From Nanobdellota archaeon (GTDB taxonomy: Archaea > Nanobdellota > Nanobdellia > Pacearchaeales > GW2011-AR1), in contig JAFCCD010000004.1 of NCBI GenBank assembly GCA_017610405.1, positions 1 through 43,350 on the forward strand: 43,350 nt of DNA, in the 5' to 3' direction. Each line of letters opens with the position of its first letter. Within the stretch, counting starts at the first letter, position 1. The position numbers and the translations under genes were made by a program. The notes below the pieces were generated by a model. It made no database searches, was not told the origin of the DNA, and worked only from the letters and a program-made list of their open reading frames with translations. Shown piece after piece: positions 17,201-21,782 of the stretch.

Positions 17201-17299
17201 GTGCAAATACTCTTCAAAATATTTTTTTCTGTGTTCAGCAATCTCTATACTTTTTTTGAGTTCAACTATTATGGCTTTCGCTTCTCGAGTCCTTCCCAT
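11207..17299 (-). CDS. Giant (2030 aa) envelope protein with a cytoplasmic-type C-terminal tail of four HTH modules
   Basis: Uninterrupted ORF. Charged head (aa 1-90); TM YLSVFFFSALIIFVVFMASIYI (nt 16964-17029), then ELTGFLV. About 1520 aa of N/T/S-rich ectodomain with dense N-x-S/T sites, a DPDGDD motif and Ig/cadherin-like stretches. Then ILLVAVIYAG + RRKKKRKKKK, followed by a ~370-aa tail. Confidence 0.85.
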   Translation of the reverse strand: MGRTREAKAIIVELKKSIEIAEHRKKYFEEYLHKLWNNYQKGLVSRDFYVETAHRHFDGKTLKEWIDYYKHYIKECEKHLGKHKRNLVGEYLSVFFFSALIIFVVFMASIYIRPELTGFLVQEAPGVITYANATIITTQQQAILGQPVKWTKTISLDQPATARIRLPREATNIFVTKIKESYSEETEEVLPKEDSSPSQEEPSSSETSFSITGAMISSAEGEGFLSRFFRNLGKITGRAIDAGAELQEIEIDNTATEYEVEYETPAPYAIEEDIEKGKRVKIIGPGDTHYQNVLAFTELNENLNIKNPSRVKIYWVEDNSYIPIENIADLDNNGIYDYIEWVAPRLSNQTFEIIVITKAEHLNSERNFISNIYDEVKELDDVWSETISDDEYVRVTFEIPLDPSRDITIYPRITSGTPKIEVYEIDSNELIAEFTTINDNQYNKVFLTGLNGTQDTFDLKIINGEIELDHVIDPSSFYETGVVEVNGWTIVDLKSSYDVPVVVAYRREGAEIDAAQELITAIIENVSSDSFKINFYDDYANEVSGNASYIVVENGSHVLDNGMLLQAGLVEDVNVYDCAGGSGTAARTVTFHTAYSSAPSVIANVQNNTESDWIAARYDSVSTTQVILSMERDELEGSTPLTASSNYNIGWITMNQTSATDMEGGIDPTVTADPTDTNWETQSFSNTYTTALFFALVQQGSGTDPTTGGTRNLGTSSVDLRMTESRTDGEQTHADEPIMWMVFESDLGNNPPTTPTNITCDGSNNCNVSVNQRDIINLTGTGSNDPDGDDFDYTIEASLLNTTISNDQESGTSQAISMGEGVILGEQGELNVSGAEWHLIAFDNTYTSTPIVIATPATSNEPSNQDYSPLVPAISLVNTTHFNITLCMDNATQYCTGTTNEETIHYFVFDVDKVEEYDWIDAGTISAASQVDAKSADISFSITFSDIPYLFTTAQTYNQGGNISQHQWVVGTTTSETDLYACTHQAPALGKHVDDCDSGLPAESVGWVAIDPTNHQIDSLQIGTESIDDSLWTGVSFSPTYTDPMIMVTQNSESGGQDPQYPMARLVTSSGADIKYCEADTVDMCNSHNAEDVRWFAIEKGDTTVGEETTDIEAIKNWTTYNNVFSSDWKNLTSLNVNVSVSVYNNSGSLNNNNNNPDLQLQMYNGSDFVEIGNFSVDQTGNFNLTVTDSTVLTGWQTADNTNLKIRGVNFDYNSSNNIDEINWTEVWININGTIWTVIGNHTNGTGQTFEWNTTDVDAQTCIDLRVRAKDLLGSNSFSDYFTKNACLNITTVGDDTTPPYFTTLVNQTSYDNENLNYDINATDDGVGLDSFSIDDTTNFSINPSTGVITNITTLVEYYYVVNVSINDTVGNLNWSLWSLNVTEVSNVAPTIEWVQTISAQDPSIGTTKSIIFNFTATDINGINDIDNSTAAAYFQRAGEITRSNNSCLPRNASTNSITFTCTIDMWYWDENGAWTINATIQDNSAEYAKNSSETFTYNILTAMVISPTEINWPEINLPDTDTGSNDDPITINNSGNAEPLNINITAYNLQGEETTTQYIYANNFTVGDTDQGCSGTAMVNATSTNVTSVVLHKGNHSLNYNNATSGQEQIYFCLKGVPQDISSQSYSSTAYGAWEIKILLVAVIYAGRRKKKRKKKKGLLLRAAEILAEDIRERYSEEKEKILQILIKELRKEHKLGKKEIDKLEIKKEIEIPITIFSEKLGVLEALVKYTKENLNRNYSRIAKLFNRDQRTIWTAYFKATEKEKKKMRIKKTDVLLPVSIFRNRRLTALASVIMYLKKKSMKFSEIAELLNRDQRNIWAIYSRAVNQKLQHPQIKSVKKEKRKMVPVENSKIMRVLKLVSAELKKGYSKEKEIASTLLIRVIRKEYRTSKKEVLKLIREKENNIPITIFSNKPGALESLVKYMKENLNMNYKEIAEKLGRNERTVWTSYSKATKKMKEPIKIKKTEASIPLSKLRNKNLTILESLIKYLKEKGMKYSEIAKLLERDQRNIWTIYSRAKKKLDRPNKRE
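11210..12355 (-). other. C-terminal tail of the giant ORF: duplicated ~115-aa unit giving four sigma-70-region-4/LuxR-like HTH modules
   Basis: Modules at nt 12008-12163, 11807-11968, 11429-11584 and 11231-11389. Example: IPLSKLRNKNLTILESLIKYLKEKGMKYSEIAKLLERDQRNIWTIYSRAKKKL. The pattern L..LE.L..YL.E.....(Y)SEIA.LL.R..R.IW..YSRA.KKL resembles ECF sigma region 4. Confidence 0.6.
12377..13141 (-). repeat. Copy 2 of the ~765-bp dispersed direct repeat, inside the giant ORF
   Basis: See copy 1. Same strand, offset 2122 nt, with 42-nt and 57-nt perfect identity blocks. Confidence 0.85.
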
Positions 17300-17369
17300 T
17301 ACTTATTATTTATGTATTATTCCTTAAAAATATATGTATTTTTATTAAAAATACTTATTATTTATGTAT
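17300..17369. promoter_or_regulatory. 18-nt direct repeat TACTTATTATTTATGTAT x2 in the divergent giant-gene/glyS intergenic region
   Basis: Exact copies at 17300-17317 (abutting the giant gene's start codon at 17297-17299) and at 17352-17369. Confidence 0.4.
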
Positions 17370-17386
17370 AATATAAACAGCTAAAA

Positions 17387-17452
17387 GTAGTGCCTACCAA
17401 AAGATTTAAATATTTATATGTAGTGCCTAATAAGAACTTTCAAAAAGTTCTT
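17387..17452. promoter_or_regulatory. 10-nt direct repeat GTAGTGCCTA x2 plus a perfect 9-bp inverted repeat
   Basis: GTAGTGCCTA at 17387-17396 and 17420-17429 (33-bp spacing). AAGAACTTT-caa-AAAGTTCTT at 17432-17452, 27-47 nt upstream of the glyS ATG. Confidence 0.4.
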
Positions 17453-17478
17453 AGATTCAAACTAGTATTTAAAATAAA

Positions 17479-19137
17479 ATGTGTGCATTTATAGTAAAAA
17501 AAGAGATTCATGGTAAAGAGTATTATTATCTTAATGAAAATAAAAGAGTAGATGGAAAAGTAAAAACTAAAACAATTGCTTATCTTGGAAAGATAAAGAA
17601 AGATGCTGAAAAGAAGGCAAAAGAAATTCTAAAGACAGGAAAACTAGAGAAAGAAGGGAAAATTCCGGCCAAAAAAGTTAAAATAGAGCAAAAAAAGATT
17701 TCAATAGAAGAATTAACTAATTTTTGCAAGGAAAAAGGATTTGTTTTTAGGAGTTCCGATATTTATAGGGGTTTTGCTGGTTTTTGGGATTTTGGGCCTT
17801 TAGGAACTGAATTATTTAATAATATTAAGAAAGATTGGTGGAGTTATTTTGTGCAACAAAAAGAGAATATGGTAGGAATAGATGCTAGCATTATTTCTCA
17901 TCCAAGAACTTGGAAAGCCTCTGGACACATTACTGGATTTAAAGACGTCGCTGTTGTTTGTAAAAAATGTAAAAAATCTACAAAACTTGAATTAAATGAA
18001 TTTGGAAAAATAAAATGTGATTGTGGAGGAGAATTTGAAAAAACAGGTATTTTTGATATGTTATTTAAAACAAATGTTGGTGCATTAGATAAAGAAGAAG
18101 CTTATCTTAGAGGAGAAACAGCCCAAGCAATGTTTATGGATTTCAAATTAGTGCAAAAAACTTCTAGAATACATCTTCCTTTTGGTATTGCTCAGATTGG
18201 CCGTTGTTTTAGAAATGAGATTTCTCCTAGAGATTTTTTATTTAGATCAAGGGAATTCCATATTGCAGAATTTGAGTTTTTTATTCATCCTGAAGAAAAA
18301 AAATGTAATTTATTAACAAAAAAACACCTTCTGCTTAAATTAAAGTTGTTAGATGCTGAAACTCAAAAGAAAGCTAAAAAAGAATTGAAAGAGACAACTA
18401 TTAATAAAATGTTAAATGAGAAGAAATTTGATGAGTGGCAGGCATATTGGTTGGCAGAGCAAATTTTATGGTTTTATTCTTTGGGATTAAATGAAATTAA
18501 AATCAGGGAGCATATGGCTAGTGAAAGGGCATTTTATTCTTCTGCAACTTTTGATATTGATTATGATTATTCTTTTGGAAGTGAAGAAGTGGCGGGAAAT
18601 GCTAATAGGGGACAATATGATTTAACCCAACATATAAAAGAAAGTAAGGAAAAAATAGAAATTTTTGATGAGAAGACTGGAAAAAAAGTTATTCCAAAAG
18701 TTATTGAGCCAACATTTGGAATGGAAAGAATTTTTTTAGCAATATTAACAAAAGCTTATTCCCAAAACCAGAAAAATGAAGTTGTTTTAAAACTTCCTTC
18801 AAAACTTGCACCAATAAAAGTCGCTATTTTTCCAATTGTTAAGAAGCCTAGATTTGAAAAAATAGCAAAAGAAGTTTTTAATGAGTTAAAAAAAGAATGG
18901 AATGTTATTTATGATAAAAGTGGAAGTATTGGAAGGAGATATGCAAGGAATGATGAGATTGGAACTCCTTTTTGTATAACAATTGATAAGGATTCTTTGA
19001 AAAATAAAGATGTTACTGTAAGGTGGAGAGATACGACAAAACAAATTCGTATAAAAATTTCAGAATTAAAAAATATTTTAAAAAAATTAATAGAAAAAGA
19101 AATAAATTTTAATGAAGCAGGTAAGAAATTTTCTTAG
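17479..19137 (+). CDS. glyS: Glycyl-tRNA synthetase (archaeal/eukaryotic alpha2 type) with an N-terminal ~72-aa extension
   Basis: 552 aa. Core starts near KISIEELTNFCKEKGFVFRSSDIYRGFAGFWDFGPLG. Motif 2 is FRNEISPRDFLFRSREFHIAEFEFF. Anticodon-binding C-terminus has IGRRYARNDEIGTPFCITID. The only in-frame ATG is at 17479. Confidence 0.9.
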   Translation: MCAFIVKKEIHGKEYYYLNENKRVDGKVKTKTIAYLGKIKKDAEKKAKEILKTGKLEKEGKIPAKKVKIEQKKISIEELTNFCKEKGFVFRSSDIYRGFAGFWDFGPLGTELFNNIKKDWWSYFVQQKENMVGIDASIISHPRTWKASGHITGFKDVAVVCKKCKKSTKLELNEFGKIKCDCGGEFEKTGIFDMLFKTNVGALDKEEAYLRGETAQAMFMDFKLVQKTSRIHLPFGIAQIGRCFRNEISPRDFLFRSREFHIAEFEFFIHPEEKKCNLLTKKHLLLKLKLLDAETQKKAKKELKETTINKMLNEKKFDEWQAYWLAEQILWFYSLGLNEIKIREHMASERAFYSSATFDIDYDYSFGSEEVAGNANRGQYDLTQHIKESKEKIEIFDEKTGKKVIPKVIEPTFGMERIFLAILTKAYSQNQKNEVVLKLPSKLAPIKVAIFPIVKKPRFEKIAKEVFNELKKEWNVIYDKSGSIGRRYARNDEIGTPFCITIDKDSLKNKDVTVRWRDTTKQIRIKISELKNILKKLIEKEINFNEAGKKFS

Positions 19138-19232
19138 AATTTTTTATCGACGGTAAAAATTAAATTTTTTTCATAAAAAAGTTTATAAACAATTAATTCT
19201 TAATATGATTAATTAAAAGAGGGGTGTTTAAT

Positions 19233-19457
19233 ATGCCAAAGAAAAAAAAGACAACAAAAAAGAAAGTAGCTAAAAGAAAACCAGTGAAGAAGAAGAAAGT
19301 AGTGAAGAAGAAGAAACCAGTGAAGAAGAAGAAAGTAGTGAAGAAGAAGAAACCAGTGAAGAGAAAAGTAGTGAAAAGGAAACCTGTGAAAAAGAAAGTA
19401 GCTAAAAGAAAACCAGTGAAGAAGAAAGCAGCCGCAAAAAAGAGAAAGAAAAGGTAG
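19233..19457 (+). CDS. Highly basic Lys-rich repeat protein (histone H1-like composition)
   Basis: MPKKKKTTKKKVAKRKPVKKKKVVKKKKPVKKKK... I prefer ATG 19233 over the track's GTG 19224, because GAGGGGTG (Shine-Dalgarno-like) lies 6 nt upstream of it. Confidence 0.55.
   Translation: MPKKKKTTKKKVAKRKPVKKKKVVKKKKPVKKKKVVKKKKPVKRKVVKRKPVKKKVAKRKPVKKKAAAKKRKKR
19281..19352 (+). repeat. 36-bp exact tandem duplication inside the Lys-rich gene
   Basis: CCAGTGAAGAAGAAGAAAGTAGTGAAGAAGAAGAAA at 19281-19316 and 19317-19352, flanked by degenerate copies. Confidence 0.8.
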
Positions 19458-19510
19458 TTTCTTTTGAGTTTTATTTTTTAATTTTTTATTAAAATTTAAA
19501 ATAATTTAAT

Positions 19511-19903
19511 TTATTCGGTGGAAAAGTGATTCTTTCTTTTAGAAGAATAAATATAAATTAAGGTAGATGTAAATATCCCTATGCTATCTATTAAAATATC
19601 ATTTAAACTAGGATTTCTTAATGGAACAAAGGATTGGTGTATTTCATCAAGGATTGCATAAAGGATTGAGATTGTTAATGCTATTAAAATTGTTTTGACG
19701 TTTATTTTTTTGTTTTTGTTTAAAAAAATTAATAAGAAGAAATTAAATAGGAAAAATGCAATCATGTGATATACTGAAGATAAATTAATTCCTTTTGAGG
19801 TTAAATCCTCTCCTGGAAGAGAAGAAACTAAAAAAATTTCTATTGCTATTATTAGTAAGAAGATAACAGATAATTTTCTATTATTTTTAAGTAAATCTAT
19901 CAT
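19511..19903 (-). CDS. VanZ-like membrane protein
   Basis: 130 aa, four hydrophobic segments, with the VanZ signature DEIHQSFVPLRNPSLNDILIDSIG. Confidence 0.7.
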   Translation of the reverse strand: MIDLLKNNRKLSVIFLLIIAIEIFLVSSLPGEDLTSKGINLSSVYHMIAFFLFNFFLLIFLNKNKKINVKTILIALTISILYAILDEIHQSFVPLRNPSLNDILIDSIGIFTSTLIYIYSSKRKNHFSTE

Positions 19904-19949
19904 GATTATTTGATTGGTGGTTTATTTAAAAGAATTATTGTATTAGAAA

Positions 19950-20021
19950 TGGCTGCACTGGGAGTTGAACCCAGGACCTCTTGCTCATGAGACAAGCGTT
20001 CTGCCACTGAACTATGCAGCC
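19950..20021 (-). tRNA. tRNA with anticodon CAU (elongator Met or Ile2), not initiator-like
   Basis: Acceptor GGCTGCA/TGCAGCC (G1:C72); D arm GTTC/GAAC; anticodon stem CTTGT/GCAAG with loop CTCATGA; T arm CTGGG-TTCAACT-CCCAG. 72 nt. Confidence 0.85.
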
Positions 20022-20085
20022 AAAATTATAAAATATAAACTGTTTAAAAGTTTTGAGGTTGGTCCTATAAGAAAAAGAGAGTTCT

Positions 20086-20262
20086 TTATTTATCCTTTTT
20101 TAGCCTTGCTAAAAAACCAGCTGTTTGATTTCTTATTTTCTTGCTTGGCATAGTTTTTCCCAAAATTTTTTTATTTTGTTCAAAGCTTTCGTTGAATTTT
20201 ATACCTTTTTTTATCAATTCATTAGATGTTCTTCTTACTAGTTTTGATTTTATTTTTCCCAT
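20086..20262 (-). CDS. rps17e: 30S ribosomal protein S17e
   Basis: 58-aa ORF, below the track cutoff, translated by hand: MGKIKSKLVRRTSNELIKKGIKFNESFEQNKKILGKTMPSKKIRNQTAGFLARLKKDK. Matches the S17e pattern MG.(I/V)(K/R)...VKR.A.EL......F...F..NK......... SK..RN.IAGY..RL. Confidence 0.8.
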   Translation of the reverse strand: MGKIKSKLVRRTSNELIKKGIKFNESFEQNKKILGKTMPSKKIRNQTAGFLARLKKDK

Positions 20263-20320
20263 TTTGTCTTTTTTATACTTTCCACTTTTATTTTACTTAT
20301 TTGTAAGTTTTTAAATTTGT

Positions 20321-21166
20321 TTATTTTATTTTTCCCATAAACGAAAGATTATTTAGGGCTCTAAGTAAATCCTGAATTTTTTTCATAGGTTCTCCTCTGC
20401 TTAAGATTATGTAAGGACTTCCAAATTGTGAAGCTTTTTTTGAAGCTTTAATTATCTCATTTTCCCCTATTCTTTTTTTATCATAAGCAATTAGAATCTT
20501 TTCTTTTTCGTTTTGTTTTATTTTTAATAGAATCTCCTTTTTATTAAAGCTGATTATATCAACTATTTTTAAGGATTTTTCTAGTAAAAATTTTTTAATC
20601 TCTTCAAAAAATTTATTTTCTTTTTGAACCCCTCTTTTTTTTGAAATTTTCTTTATCTTAATTTTTTTTGGTTTGTCAAAAATATTAAGTCCTTCTTCTA
20701 TTTTTTCTTCTTTTTTGATAATTGGTTTTTCCTCTTTTTTATCAATTCCAAATTCTTCTTCAGGAACAGAGAAGAATCTCCAGATTATTTTATTGTCTTT
20801 TTTAAAAGGTATTGCAAAATCTTTTATCTCTCTTAACGCTACACGAATTGCAGGATCTTGTTCGTGATCTCTTAAAAATTTCTTTTCTTTTAAAATCATA
20901 AACGCATCTTTTTCTTTACTCTTTAAATGAAATGAAGATTTTTCAAGAAGGGGTTTTTGCTCTGGTAAATAATATAATGGAGAATTACCAATTTTTATAT
21001 TACTTATTCTTATTCTTTTTTCAGAAGCAAGTTCAGAAAGAAAAGCTGAAGTGAAAAGTATACTAAATTCTATTTCTTTTGCAATATGAACTGGAAGGCA
21101 TGGTCCATTCCTCCTTAAAAAAGAGATTATTTTTTCTTTTATTTCAGAAGTATCTTTTATTGGCAT
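20321..21166 (-). CDS. Hypothetical protein with winged-helix-like N-terminal domain(s)
   Basis: 281 aa. LPVHIAKEIEFSILFTSAFLSELASEKRIRISNIKIGNSPLYYL looks like a wHTH. A second wH-like stretch occurs around AIRVALREIKDFAIPF. There is a Lys/Glu linker. The C-terminal ~80 aa have alternating beta/alpha character. No family recognised. Confidence 0.6.
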   Translation of the reverse strand: MPIKDTSEIKEKIISFLRRNGPCLPVHIAKEIEFSILFTSAFLSELASEKRIRISNIKIGNSPLYYLPEQKPLLEKSSFHLKSKEKDAFMILKEKKFLRDHEQDPAIRVALREIKDFAIPFKKDNKIIWRFFSVPEEEFGIDKKEEKPIIKKEEKIEEGLNIFDKPKKIKIKKISKKRGVQKENKFFEEIKKFLLEKSLKIVDIISFNKKEILLKIKQNEKEKILIAYDKKRIGENEIIKASKKASQFGSPYIILSRGEPMKKIQDLLRALNNLSFMGKIK

Positions 21167-21209
21167 AATTTAAAGAAATACTTATAGGTTATAAAGATTT
21201 TTATGATTT

Positions 21210-21749
21210 TCATGGTTTAATCCATTTTATTTCATAATAACTTACATCTCCTTCTTCATCGAGGATAGCTAAAAGCAAATTTTTTTTTGTGCTATGAGCT
21301 ACACGATTTTTTGCAGAAAACTCTTGCCATGTTATTTTTTTTGATTCGTGATCTGTAAAAACTATCCATTTAGCATGTTTTTTCCCTGGTTTTGTGCCTT
21401 TTTCATAAACTCTGAAATCTGCACCGAATTTAAGGGCTGTTTTTACAATGTATCCTTTTTCTCTTAAATCCTTGAATACAGGATATTTAACATTGATTCT
21501 TTTATCTGCTCTCTGTGCCTTTTTCATAAGATCTTTTCCGGAAATTTTTTTCTTTCCATAAAAAATATTTATTTTTCCTTTTTCAGATAAAAAAAGAGCT
21601 TCTGATAATGAATATTGGATTTTTTCTCCAATAGGTTCCCCAAAAGAACTTTTTTTGTAAAGAGAAAATGCTTCTATGGAATTACTTGAGATATTTTCTC
21701 CGATAATATAAGATGAAATTTTATTCATTCTTTTTAGAACTAAGAACAA
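21210..21749 (-). CDS. endA: tRNA-splicing endonuclease
   Basis: 179 aa. C-terminal catalytic domain GYIVKTALKFGADFRVYEKG...HAKWIVF. The start may be the second Met at 21728, since only 33 bp separate 21749 from the divergent leuS start. Confidence 0.85.
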   Translation of the reverse strand: MFLVLKRMNKISSYIIGENISSNSIEAFSLYKKSSFGEPIGEKIQYSLSEALFLSEKGKINIFYGKKKISGKDLMKKAQRADKRINVKYPVFKDLREKGYIVKTALKFGADFRVYEKGTKPGKKHAKWIVFTDHESKKITWQEFSAKNRVAHSTKKNLLLAILDEEGDVSYYEIKWIKP

Positions 21750-21782
21750 TATTTAAAAGTTGCTGAACTGTTCTTTAATATC

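Noticed and set aside
8596-17371. Numerous 60-95-aa plus-strand ORFs (for example 8596-8841, 10499-10918, 11532-12050, 14727-14924, 16427-17062, 17180-17371)
   Set aside because: All lie antisense within the long minus-strand envelope genes or their leader region. None has start context or motifs. The long minus-strand frames, up to 2030 codons without a stop in AT-rich DNA, cannot be chance.
19224-19232. GTG start for the Lys-rich gene and TTG start (31807) for disA, as drawn in the track
   Set aside because: For the Lys-rich gene, ATG 19233 has a Shine-Dalgarno-like GAGGGGTG at a suitable distance. For disA, the TTG 31807 extension adds only IFFIF before ATG 31825.
19965-20153. Plus-strand 62-aa ORF
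   Set aside because: It overlaps the CAU tRNA and is antisense to the hand-translated S17e gene at 20086-20262, which matches a universal archaeal ribosomal protein.
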